Assembly (NCBI GenBank): GCA_963843375.1
Contig: CAWJKT010000004.1
Location: 160,001 to 224,000, forward strand
Source of the DNA: an uncultured Pseudomonadota bacterium
GTDB lineage: Bacteria > Oederibacteriota > Muellerivitia > Muellerivitales > Muellerivitaceae
Reading direction: 5' to 3'
DNA: 64,000 nt
Below are positions 21,433 to 30,742 of this stretch, piece by piece (within the stretch, counting starts at the first letter, position 1; the number at the start of each line of letters is the position of its first letter). The notes below the pieces were generated by a model. The model saw nothing but the letters and a program-made list of their open reading frames with translations, ran no database searches and was not told where the DNA came from. The position numbers and the translations under genes were made by a program.

Positions 21433-23571
21433 TTAAGGAGTTTTATCCACTCCGACATTTTTAAGTTTTATCTTTTGGTTCAATAAAACCAAGTTTTGGG
21501 CGGCAGGGGTTAAGTCCAGGGGAGAATCAATAGCTTTTTGATAAGCTTTTTTCGACTCCATCAATTTTCCCTTTTTCTCTAGCAGGAAGCCCTTATCGTT
21601 CCAAAGTTCAGGCAGGGAATAACCATGGGCCAAAGCTTGATTAATTGCGGATAGAACAGCGTCGTAATCACCCTCCACTTTTGAGTGAAAAATGACTTTT
21701 TCCCAAAAACAGGATTCGAGAAAAGGGTCTCCTTTTATTTCAGGGTGAATATTAAATAACAAATCCAGAATGGGTTTCGTAGTCTGTTCCGGATAATCAG
21801 TCATGATGGCGGTTGTAACCGCCTCGAGCTTTTGGTTTACGAGGATCCAATGTTTCAAGGTGGGTGCCGTTGACCCATTGAAAGGAATTACGCCCAACAT
21901 TTGGGCTTGGTTAGTCGTTGCGCCAATTTTCTCTAACCAAAACCAACGCCCTTGAGGAAATCGGGAGGCCAGGAATGGCTTGTAATTGGCGTTGATGACA
22001 ACCGCGATCCAGCGTACGTCCGAAAGTGAAAGAGCGGGGTTATGGGCGGCGTCAAAAGGGAAGGTTGCTGTCATCAGGGTGGTATCGGTCGGATTCGGCT
22101 GGAGGTCTAAGAGTAGCGCCCCGGTTCCTTCCTGTTCTCGGATCTGTTCCAGAATGTTGTATGCCTGGTCCAATTCCACCGATTTCATATTTTTCCAATA
22201 AGAATTAGGAACCCCCCAGAGGTGGTGATAAGGGCCCATGAGATGGTAAAGGTCAAAAAAAACAGAAGAGGCTAAAAGAAGACCCATGATCGGCGTCCGG
22301 TACTCCTTTTTCCAATCCGACGGCCAGGTTTTCAAAAGGTTTTGAGCTCCTATGGCGGAAACCAATATTAATAATGGAAAAATTTGAGTATTGCGGAATA
22401 TTTCAAACCCTTTGGATACCAGGCCTGGAAGACAAAAAAGTCCCAGTGACAAAAGGAGCCAAAGGTAAAAGCGGTTCCGATGGATTCGGAAGCACTCAAG
22501 GATTCCCCAAAAGAAAAAAGCATCCATAACAGGATTTAACATTCCTCCCCAAAGCGGACCATAACTTGCGGAAAGGGGGGCAATCCAAAATAAGGAGGCA
22601 AGATTTAACAACGCGTCTTTGAATGGGAGTTTGGAAACGTTTTGAAAGTGGAAAGTTCTTGCGCTTAAAAGATGAGAGCCGTAGTTTTTATTAATAGAAA
22701 TGTAAAGGAAAAAGGCGGAGACGAAAATTAAGGACGCAAAAAAAACCCAGAATTTTTTCTGGCTAGAACGGGAAACGAAAATGTATAAAACAGCTATTAC
22801 GACAGAAAATGCAACGACGGGCCAACTGATGGCAACAAAAAATCCAAGTCCGGTTATAAAGCCTAAAAAGAGACCGGGTTTAATTGTTTTATTGCTTGAA
22901 TTGGTTACGTAAAAACTTAGGGCCACGAGGGTTATAACTGTCCAAAAAAGAACCATGACCGGCCAAGTGCAAAACCGGGCTGAATAAAGAAAGGTGAAAT
23001 TGAATGATGCCATTGTCAATAAAAGAAAGGTGAAGGAGGCGGGAAATGTTTTTTTTGCCCCTACATAAATCACGAAAACCGTCACCACGGAGATTGTTGC
23101 TGGAAAAAGCCAAAGGGAAAAAAGCGAGGGTTCAATCCATTTATAAAATAAAGACAAGGCCCATACGGTTATAGGGGGGACTTGAACATAGCTGAAGAAA
23201 AAATTCCAATGCCATTTCCGGGCCAATTCCAAGGCATAAAAAGAGAAAAGGCCTTCGTCCGGCATGGGCCACGTAGAAAGTCGGGTCAGGTGCCAAAAGC
23301 GGACCAGGATCGCTCCGGCCAGAATTCCACAAGTCCAAAGATAATGGGGTTTAAATGAATCCTCGGGACCCACAGGGAGGTTCTCGTTTCTTTGAGATGA
23401 AAGGATGTAAAAGATCAAAAGAAGTCCGAATCCTAAAAGCCCAACCAAAACCTTTATAGCTGTGGAAAAAGAGGAATAGGAGAGAAAAATATTAATAAGA
23501 AGAAATATAAAAAAACATTTCCAGGAATGAAAATTAATCGGGATTTTTTCAAAAATATTATTTCTAATCAT
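21433..23571 (-). CDS. GT-C-fold membrane glycosyltransferase with TPR-like C-terminus, paralog 6 (between hpnD and hpnE)
   Basis: WPMPDEG, WGGMLNP, NANYKPFL, DPFLESCFWEK; start overlaps hpnD stop by 8 nt. Confidence 0.72.
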   Translation of the reverse strand: MIRNNIFEKIPINFHSWKCFFIFLLINIFLSYSSFSTAIKVLVGLLGFGLLLIFYILSSQRNENLPVGPEDSFKPHYLWTCGILAGAILVRFWHLTRLSTWPMPDEGLFSFYALELARKWHWNFFFSYVQVPPITVWALSLFYKWIEPSLFSLWLFPATISVVTVFVIYVGAKKTFPASFTFLLLTMASFNFTFLYSARFCTWPVMVLFWTVITLVALSFYVTNSSNKTIKPGLFLGFITGLGFFVAISWPVVAFSVVIAVLYIFVSRSSQKKFWVFFASLIFVSAFFLYISINKNYGSHLLSARTFHFQNVSKLPFKDALLNLASLFWIAPLSASYGPLWGGMLNPVMDAFFFWGILECFRIHRNRFYLWLLLSLGLFCLPGLVSKGFEIFRNTQIFPLLILVSAIGAQNLLKTWPSDWKKEYRTPIMGLLLASSVFFDLYHLMGPYHHLWGVPNSYWKNMKSVELDQAYNILEQIREQEGTGALLLDLQPNPTDTTLMTATFPFDAAHNPALSLSDVRWIAVVINANYKPFLASRFPQGRWFWLEKIGATTNQAQMLGVIPFNGSTAPTLKHWILVNQKLEAVTTAIMTDYPEQTTKPILDLLFNIHPEIKGDPFLESCFWEKVIFHSKVEGDYDAVLSAINQALAHGYSLPELWNDKGFLLEKKGKLMESKKAYQKAIDSPLDLTPAAQNLVLLNQKIKLKNVGVDKTP

Positions 23572-24445
23572 GAGACTTTATGTTTTTTTTAAAATCAGAC
23601 ACCAATTTCTTATCGGCCCATTTCCAAAAATGACATTGTCCAATAATGCCAATCACCGAAATTAATTTGTCCCATTTGGACAGTGTGATTCGGCCTTGCA
23701 GTATCCGGTAAGGATTGTTTTTAAGCTTTTGAAAGAGTTTCACGTAAACCGCGGCAATGGCTTCGGCGGTCGACAGTTCGGCCCTTTGGGACCGGGACAA
23801 GGATTGACGGGCTTTTTCAAGGAATCCCCAAGCCCGGTCCAGTTGGAACTCGACGAAGAGTTTCCAATGGGAATTATTTTCATCAATATTCTGTGGGTTC
23901 AAATGGAACCGCTTAAAATCTTCACTAGGAAAATAAATCCTTTTGATGGCTTTATCTTCCAGGAAGTCCCGGGCAACGTTCACGATTTGAAGGAAAACTC
24001 CCAAGTTTTCGGCGTATTCCCGGTGAGGCTTATCCTTGAAACCGAATATTTCCATGCTGGAAAGACCCGGTCCGCCCGCTACTTGAAGGGCGTAGTGGTG
24101 GAGTTCAGTGAATTTTTTGAAACGAACTGGCCGAAGATCCCTCTGCACCCCGTTCACAATGCGTTCCAAAGGCTCTCGTGTAAGGCCGAAACGTTGGACA
24201 ATTGTTTGAAATTGACAAAAAAAGTAATCCTTGGGTTTGCCACGGAAGGTATCCCGTAGGTTTTGCTTGAAACGGGCCAGCTTTCGACACTTTTCAACGA
24301 TGGTGCCGGGGCCGTCCGAAATCTCATCAGCCATCCAGCAAAAACGATAGAGAAGTTCCATGGCCTGTCGCTTCTCTTTATTCAAAAGAAGGAGCGGGTA
24401 ATAAAAACTGGTTTTATTTTCAAGGGACCCGATTTTAGGATTCAA
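23564..24445 (-). CDS. hpnD: Presqualene diphosphate synthase HpnD (squalene/phytoene synthase family)
   Basis: SFYY, YRFCWMADEISD, YALQVAG, LQIVNVARDFLED..RIYFP. Confidence 0.85.
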   Translation of the reverse strand: MNPKIGSLENKTSFYYPLLLLNKEKRQAMELLYRFCWMADEISDGPGTIVEKCRKLARFKQNLRDTFRGKPKDYFFCQFQTIVQRFGLTREPLERIVNGVQRDLRPVRFKKFTELHHYALQVAGGPGLSSMEIFGFKDKPHREYAENLGVFLQIVNVARDFLEDKAIKRIYFPSEDFKRFHLNPQNIDENNSHWKLFVEFQLDRAWGFLEKARQSLSRSQRAELSTAEAIAAVYVKLFQKLKNNPYRILQGRITLSKWDKLISVIGIIGQCHFWKWADKKLVSDFKKNIKSHD

Positions 24446-24460
24446 AAAATCCTCAATATG

Positions 24461-25337
24461 TTAATTTTGTGGAAGGACCCGACTGAAAAGGGCTTTTAAA
24501 ACCAGGGAAAACTTGTCCATAGCGTTCCACGAGGGCCGATTTTGAACCACATTGTAGTCCAAGGTTTTGATTTTATTGAGGATTCCGTAGCCCCCCAAGT
24601 AAGTGGCTTTCATTTCCCACCTGAATCGTCCCGATCACCGATTCCAAGAGGGGATAACCTTTTTGAAAATAGTTTTCCGTATATTCCACCGCGTTTTTCA
24701 CCAATTGCCGAACCTTAGGTGAATCCTTTAAAGACAAAAGTTCTTTTTCTGCCACACCTGTTTTTTTCATTTCCTTCCGGGGGTAATAAATCCTATTTCG
24801 CCTCAAATCAATGGAAGTGTCCTGCCAGAAGTTGATGAGTTGGAGACCACTACAGATAAAATCGGAATAATCATGAAGTTTTTTATCCCGGATACCTGAA
24901 ATGTAGAGAACCATACGGCCGATGGGATTGGCGCTGTGACGGCAATAATAAAGAAGGTCATTCCAGGAAGCGTAGCGCTTAATGGTTAAATCCATTCGAT
25001 AAGCCTTCAATAAATTTAGGGGAAGAAGAAGGGGAATATGAAAAGTTTTCAAAGTATTGGCAAAGGCCTGAAGAATCTTGGGCGCTTTTTTACCCTTCAC
25101 TGCGGCTTTCAATTCCTTTTCCCACCGGTTCAGTTCGGGCAGGCGTTTTCCCTCGAAAACTTCCTCGTCGGCAAAGTCATCGGCGGTGCGGGAAAAAGCG
25201 TAAAGGGCCGCTACATGGGGCCGAGATTCCTTGGGTAAAAGAAGGGATGCCACCGGAAAATTCTCATAGTGGGAAAAAACCAGCTTTTGACACTGTTGGT
25301 AAGCAGATTCGAGATCTTTGGAAAAGGGCGATTTCAT
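24461..25337 (-). CDS. hpnC: Squalene synthase HpnC; one extra base near 24630, C-terminus continues in another frame to a stop at 24461
   Basis: HYENFPVAS, YAFSRTADDFADE, YCRHSANPIGR, LQLINFWQD; shifted frame gives GRFRWEMKATYLGGYGILNKIKTLDYNVVQNRP. Confidence 0.9.
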
Positions 25338-25491
25338 TGAACAAGAATAAGCGCGGAAGGGTGTTGAGATAAACGCTTATTTTCCTTTGGAAAGGCATAA
25401 AAAGTAATGACCAATTCCAACATTAGAAATGATAAACTTTTCCCGAATATTTAATCTATTTCAGGTATGAACCAAGGGATTTCCAGAGCTC

Positions 25492-26565
25492 ATGACCTTG
25501 AACAAGTCCTTTCTACTTGGAGCTTTTTCCGCCTTTTTTGGCCTTTTGTTCTTATCCGAAATATTCCTCCGCCTGACTGTTCCCACTGGCTTTTGGTACC
25601 GCCATTTCGACTTATCCGGTGACATGACCAGCTTGGCCGAGCTTCGGGACCGACTTTCCTTTGCGGCTCCATCGGATCACAGGGTATTCTTATTAGGCGA
25701 CAGCGTATTAGGCGGCAGCGCCCTGATGGAACACCGAATTCCTGAAGCTCGATCCAAAACCCTTTCCAGGTTATTAAAAGTTAGCCTTGGGGCCGCCGAT
25801 ACCAATGCGATTAGCTTAGGTTCGGATGGGCTTCTTTTACCCGACATTGAGGGTTTGACGAAGGAATTCTCCAACGCACTCCCGGATAAGATCCTACTTA
25901 TCTTGAATTTTCGAATGTTTTCCAAGGAATTCGGTGAAGGCGCCAAAGCCCTTTCGCGTAATTTCTTACTTCCGGATCTGCCTGGTGAAATCCAAAAAAG
26001 ATTAAGACCGGATAAATTACCCACAGCCGAAGCTCAATTGAGCGACCGGCTTTACGCGGGAATGTGTGACCATTGGTTTCTTTTCCGTGAAACCCAAATG
26101 CTCAAGACTCTATGGTATTACCCCAGCCAAAAGGATTTTCTTCAACGCCTGCTTGAGCAAGTGGTGGGAAAAAACGAAGACCAGGCGGACATGATTGAGG
26201 CGGCTTTGAAACAAAAGATCGCTTCCTACTATCAACCCTATCTTTGGGATCCCGATGCACTTCCCTTGAATTGCCTGAAAAGGATTCTGGATCAATGGAC
26301 GGAAAAACATATTCCCGTCGAGGTGATATTGACTCCCCAGAATAAAAAATTTTTAGGAAGCTACTTGGATAAACCCAGCTTCGAGAAGAACCGAAAAACA
26401 TTGGCGGTATTTATGAAGAATTACACCCAACAAGGTGTGGCCTATCTCGATTGGGCGGACCGGTTTGATAGCAAGGCTTTTTTGGATCACTGCCATTTGA
26501 CCCCTGAGGGGAACGAACAATACGCCAAAGATTTAATCCAAGTTTTGGGAAAAGGGACACAATGA
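25492..26565 (+). CDS. Membrane-anchored SGNH-fold protein (DltD/AlgJ/PatB-like acyltransferase)
   Basis: N-terminal TM helix, LLGDS, C-terminal DHCH (DxxH); first gene of MBOAT operon. Confidence 0.75.
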   Translation: MTLNKSFLLGAFSAFFGLLFLSEIFLRLTVPTGFWYRHFDLSGDMTSLAELRDRLSFAAPSDHRVFLLGDSVLGGSALMEHRIPEARSKTLSRLLKVSLGAADTNAISLGSDGLLLPDIEGLTKEFSNALPDKILLILNFRMFSKEFGEGAKALSRNFLLPDLPGEIQKRLRPDKLPTAEAQLSDRLYAGMCDHWFLFRETQMLKTLWYYPSQKDFLQRLLEQVVGKNEDQADMIEAALKQKIASYYQPYLWDPDALPLNCLKRILDQWTEKHIPVEVILTPQNKKFLGSYLDKPSFEKNRKTLAVFMKNYTQQGVAYLDWADRFDSKAFLDHCHLTPEGNEQYAKDLIQVLGKGTQ

Positions 26566-26684
26566 GGAATGTAGAATTCTGGAAGGGTTTCGGAATTGGT
26601 GTAGTTTTGTTCGCCATGTTCCTGGCGATTCTTCTTTTTTCAGGCGACCTATCAGCTTCCAAATTCATCTATGTGGATTTTTAA
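26562..26684 (+). CDS. 40-aa DltX-like single-TM micro-protein (MRNVEFWKGFGIGVVLFAMFLAILLFSGDLSASKFIYVDF)
   Basis: Translated by hand; ATGA overlap with the SGNH gene, TAA abuts the MBOAT GTG; hydrophobic helix plus C-terminal FIYxxF. Confidence 0.88.
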   Translation: MRNVEFWKGFGIGVVLFAMFLAILLFSGDLSASKFIYVDF

Positions 26685-27890
26685 GTGATCTTTAATACCA
26701 GTTGGTTCCTGCTCTTCTTCCTTGTTTTTTATTTTTTCCTATGGTTCATGCCCAACGCCAAAGTGCGGTTTCTATATCTCCTGATCTGCAGCGCTATTTT
26801 CCACTATCATTTTGCCGGCCCGGCAGGAGTAACGCCCATCATCATCATGGCGGTTATCACTTTTTTCTTCGCCCTTTGGATTTCCAAATGTTCCCCGGGA
26901 AGCCTCCGGAAGAAATGGGTTTTTACCGCTGCTCTTTTGGTACCTATCTTTGGGCTTCTCTTTTATAAATATCGCGCGCTATTGCTGGGGTCCATAGGTC
27001 CTCTCGTCGGTGGTTCCGTGGGCGGGTGGCTGACTGCCAATGCTATTCAACCGGCGATGCCGCTGGCGATCTCCTTCTTCACTTTCGAATTCGTTCATTA
27101 CCTTACGGATATCTATCATGACCACGGAGATCCAATAAGGAATCCATTCAAGTTCGGTATCTTCTGCATATTCTTCCCCTCCATCGTTTCAGGCCCTATT
27201 AAGAGGTTTCAACCTTTTTTGGCCCAAATGGAAAACGGTTTGGAGAGGCCGCCAGTGGAAAAGGCCGCCTTGGGTTTGGCTCAATTGCTCCTGGGTTTTT
27301 TTAAGAAACTTGTCATCGCCGACAACGCCACTATGCTCATCCATCTCTTGGAAAAGCGAACCGACCTTCATTTTGGTTCTGTCTGTCTCTTACTGACACT
27401 TCTTTCAATTCGAATCCTTTTTGACTTCAGCGGCTATAGCGATATTGCTATAGGCTTGGGCAAGATGATCGGGTTGGATTTACCTGCGAATTTTAATTTT
27501 CCTTATATTTCCCGCAATATCACCGAGTTTTGGCGCCGGTGGCACATGTCCCTCAGCAGTTGGATCAGGGATTACATTTATATTCCTATGGGCGGAAATC
27601 GATTCGGTGTTGTAAGAAAATTCTTCAACCTGATGGTCACTATGTTCGTGTGCGGGCTCTGGCATGGCGCTAGCTGGCACTTCGGCCTTTGGGGCATGTA
27701 CCATGGGGTAGGGTTGGCGGTTCACAACGTCTGGAGCAAATCGAACATGGGCCAGAAATGGGAAGCCCTCCCATTTAGCCGATGGGTGGATATTGGAATT
27801 ACGAATGTTTTCGTGGCTTATGGCTGGCTTTTGTTTTTTTATCCGATGGAACAAGTTACAAAGTTCACGGAACGTTTATTTCAATTTTGA
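26685..27890 (+). CDS. MBOAT family O-acyltransferase (DltB/AlgI/PatA-like)
   Basis: PLAISFFTF, SGPIKR, DFSGYSDIAIG, FWRRWHMSLSSWIRDYIY, catalytic GLWHGA. Confidence 0.93.
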   Translation: MIFNTSWFLLFFLVFYFFLWFMPNAKVRFLYLLICSAIFHYHFAGPAGVTPIIIMAVITFFFALWISKCSPGSLRKKWVFTAALLVPIFGLLFYKYRALLLGSIGPLVGGSVGGWLTANAIQPAMPLAISFFTFEFVHYLTDIYHDHGDPIRNPFKFGIFCIFFPSIVSGPIKRFQPFLAQMENGLERPPVEKAALGLAQLLLGFFKKLVIADNATMLIHLLEKRTDLHFGSVCLLLTLLSIRILFDFSGYSDIAIGLGKMIGLDLPANFNFPYISRNITEFWRRWHMSLSSWIRDYIYIPMGGNRFGVVRKFFNLMVTMFVCGLWHGASWHFGLWGMYHGVGLAVHNVWSKSNMGQKWEALPFSRWVDIGITNVFVAYGWLLFFYPMEQVTKFTERLFQF

Positions 27891-27904
27891 TCTCAGGAGA
27901 AGTG

Positions 27905-29980
27905 ATGCCCAAGGAATACCAGCGAAAGACACACGAGTGGATAGCATTTTGGATGTCTTTCTTCTTCTTTCCATCGTTGGTTTTTGCCCTTTCTCCCATG
28001 GATTATTACAACAGCCTTGTTTGCGGAGCGGAAGAGGCTGGGTTCCAAGATGGGGCTTTTTATCAGGCCCGATTCAACGGTCCATGTGGCTTGGCTTTTG
28101 ACGATAAGGGAGAGAGGCTTTTCGTAGCCGACAGGGATAATCACCGAATTCGAGTCATTTTCCTTAATGAGGACAACCGGGTGGAAACATTGACCGGAAC
28201 GGGCAAAGCGGGGTCAGTAGATGGAAGTTTAGACCAGGCTTCATTCGACTTGCCTTGGGCGCTGGCTTGGGTTCCAGGCGGACACTTGGTGGTTTACGAT
28301 GCTGGCAATAAACGGTTTCGGGAAATCGACTTAAGCGCTGGGAGCGTTTCCACGCTGGCTTGTGATTCTTCGGACTGTAAAACCACCGCAGCGCCTGCGT
28401 TCCAAGTATGGAACATTGTCTATTGTTCAAAGGACAACAGCCTTTATTTCACCGAACCCTTGGGTCAGGAGCTTCAAAAGATGGATTTGGGATCCCAATT
28501 GGTCTCCACCGTTTTTTCAAAAAATTCACAGATACCCCAACCCAAAGCCCTTTGTCTTGACGGGGACCATCTTTACGTCGCGGACAAGGATCTTCCGACG
28601 GTGTATGAAGTGGATATGCCGACGGCCACCGGAACTACCCTAGCCCCTGTTTCGCTGACGGAAGTGGGAAAGGGGCAGCTCATTCAAGAAATGACTTTTT
28701 CGGACGGACAATTGTACGCCTTACAATTTGGAAACCCGCCCTTGGTGAGATTAAACCCCTATGAACCTGTAAGTCTCGCCACATCCTGGGGCTTCACCCT
28801 GGACGAATCGGATTCGCAATACAAAGCTCTTTTGAGTTTCACTTTACTTGATCCGGTAGGATTTGCTTCTTGTCCCGCCTTTCCCCGGAAGCTGTTTATT
28901 TCCCATCCCAGAATTACGGATCATTCCCTTTTAAGCGTTAAGGATTACGAGTTCGATAAATATTGGGCCGGCCGTGACTTGGTTTCGGATGAGAGAGAGG
29001 GGGTTTTAACGGATTTTCATTATCCCGAGGCAAAGCCTCCCAACACTTTTCGTATTTTAGTGGTGGGGGATTCCCAAATTTTGTCCGGTGACCTCATGGG
29101 ACCGAGCGACGGGGCCGTGACGGGAGAAGGGGCCTCGCTTTTCCAATTCGGGGCCTCTCCACGGGATTTAACTTGGCCCAAGCAGTTGGAGTTTATGTTG
29201 AATGCCCAAGCCGCCTTGGCCCATGGGAACATCCATTACGAGGTACTCGTGTTGGGCCACCCTGGGAAGTCGGCCCAACTCTTCGGTTATTATGAAGCGC
29301 CACCGCTTGTGGAGAAATATGACATCGACTCTGTCTTGTTTTTTGCCACGCCCTACAACATTGATAATCAGGATTCCTATTCGAGTTATTTCTTGAAAAA
29401 AATGACCCAAGAAGGCGTGCCGGCCCAGGAGGTCGACCCGGAGTATCTTTTGACGTCCGCTTCCAAGCGGGTGCCCCCCGGCATTCCAGCCGATCTTTAT
29501 CAAAGAGCCTACGAAGCGGGATTCATCAAGAAGGTTTCGCCAACCCAGGATTATTTCGCTCCTTTTGCGGACTTGTTGGAATCCGACGACAGCCAAATCC
29601 ATGAGGACTTGGTTCAAATGGTGGGGCTGCCCCTCAAGCTCCTGTCGAATAAAGTCCAACTGCATAAAACCAGAGGAGGAAAAGAAACCTCTTTTCTTCT
29701 TTGTTATGCCCCCAGCGGCGATAATAGTATTAAAACTAAATCGGATTATCATGTTTTTTGGCGGGATGTGATTTCCCAAACCCAATTGCCTTTTCTGGAT
29801 CTGGACGATTCCTTCAGGGTTTTCAAATCCGCTTTTTACCCCACGAATGATGCCTGCTGCCATAGCCACTTTACCGCTTATGGTGATATGCTGGTTGCCT
29901 ATCTGTTGAATTATTATCTGGTCGCTGGAAAATTTATTCCTTTTGGGACAAACCAGGGCCTCGAAGGCTCGTCCAAGTAG
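27905..29980 (+). CDS. Secreted NHL-repeat beta-propeller fused to an SGNH-like domain
   Basis: ARFNGPCGLA..LFVADRDNHRIRVI repeats; TFRILVVGDS; C-terminal HSHFTAYG; SD AGGAG before start. Confidence 0.75.
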   Translation: MPKEYQRKTHEWIAFWMSFFFFPSLVFALSPMDYYNSLVCGAEEAGFQDGAFYQARFNGPCGLAFDDKGERLFVADRDNHRIRVIFLNEDNRVETLTGTGKAGSVDGSLDQASFDLPWALAWVPGGHLVVYDAGNKRFREIDLSAGSVSTLACDSSDCKTTAAPAFQVWNIVYCSKDNSLYFTEPLGQELQKMDLGSQLVSTVFSKNSQIPQPKALCLDGDHLYVADKDLPTVYEVDMPTATGTTLAPVSLTEVGKGQLIQEMTFSDGQLYALQFGNPPLVRLNPYEPVSLATSWGFTLDESDSQYKALLSFTLLDPVGFASCPAFPRKLFISHPRITDHSLLSVKDYEFDKYWAGRDLVSDEREGVLTDFHYPEAKPPNTFRILVVGDSQILSGDLMGPSDGAVTGEGASLFQFGASPRDLTWPKQLEFMLNAQAALAHGNIHYEVLVLGHPGKSAQLFGYYEAPPLVEKYDIDSVLFFATPYNIDNQDSYSSYFLKKMTQEGVPAQEVDPEYLLTSASKRVPPGIPADLYQRAYEAGFIKKVSPTQDYFAPFADLLESDDSQIHEDLVQMVGLPLKLLSNKVQLHKTRGGKETSFLLCYAPSGDNSIKTKSDYHVFWRDVISQTQLPFLDLDDSFRVFKSAFYPTNDACCHSHFTAYGDMLVAYLLNYYLVAGKFIPFGTNQGLEGSSK

Positions 29981-30006
29981 GGACTTTTAATTAAAGGAGA
30001 AATAAG

Positions 30007-30510
30007 ATGAAAGAATTTCTGTTCATTTTAATTTTTTTCGGGCTTGTGACTTTGATAGGAGCTCAAGAAACTCCGGTGCCCGCGATAACAACGCCCGCCA
30101 CCGTTCCAGTGACAGTCATCGAGAAGTGGAACACCTCCAATGTACCTTGGGACGATTGGTTCAAGAGCAACGCTATGGTCACGGATAAGACCGATTACGT
30201 CCATTTCTTTTGGAACGCGCAAGACTTCAAGGCCAATTTCGAGGTGAAGAATAAGAAAGTCCGCTTAGCTGAGGCTGCGCTGGAATTGGTGAAGCGTCTT
30301 TATCCCTCGGACGCCAGTGCGGACCAGGTAAAGGTGGATATTGTTTATGTATTAGAGAGGGATTCCTATGGCCAACCCAAGTGGGACAGCCTACAACAGG
30401 TGGCTCATTTTGAGTTCTTGAAATCAAAAGCGCTCAAACAGGCCAAGAAGAAGCAAGTTCTAACCGATACTGTTATGAAAAAGATTTTCGATAAATTTGA
30501 GTTTTATTGA
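30007..30510 (+). CDS. Secreted hypothetical protein, last gene of MBOAT operon
   Basis: SD AAGGAG, signal peptide, short P/T linker. Confidence 0.7.
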   Translation: MKEFLFILIFFGLVTLIGAQETPVPAITTPATVPVTVIEKWNTSNVPWDDWFKSNAMVTDKTDYVHFFWNAQDFKANFEVKNKKVRLAEAALELVKRLYPSDASADQVKVDIVYVLERDSYGQPKWDSLQQVAHFEFLKSKALKQAKKKQVLTDTVMKKIFDKFEFY

Positions 30511-30674
30511 GCTTTGTTTGCGACGGTAAACTTCAATTTTCACGTAAAATAAGGTCGTTGTGCCCATTATTTCCCTTAGGTAACCGGCTTCCTAGAGCTA
30601 GAATCATCCTCTCATTTTGATCGAACGAAATGGCAAATTGAGTTGGGTTTAGAAGCAGACTCTAACCATGTTTT

Positions 30675-30702
30675 GCCCGGGTTTAATGACCCTGGCTTTT
30701 TT
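30675..30702 (+). terminator. Candidate intrinsic terminator
   Basis: GCCCGGGTT-TAAT-GACCCTGGC imperfect stem followed by T6. Confidence 0.45.
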
Positions 30703-30742
30703 CTAAAATTTGCAACTGTGACAACTTTTCAAGGGGTGGACG

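Noticed and set aside
8704..23571. Diversity-generating retroelement around the Avd-like gene
   Set aside because: No reverse transcriptase ORF and no near-identical repeat pair differing at adenines was seen; the paralogs are diverged throughout
25492..27890. Naming the operon dltD-dltX-dltB (teichoic acid D-alanylation)
   Set aside because: No DltA or DltC in the window and outer-membrane-type proteins are nearby; the substrate cannot be assigned
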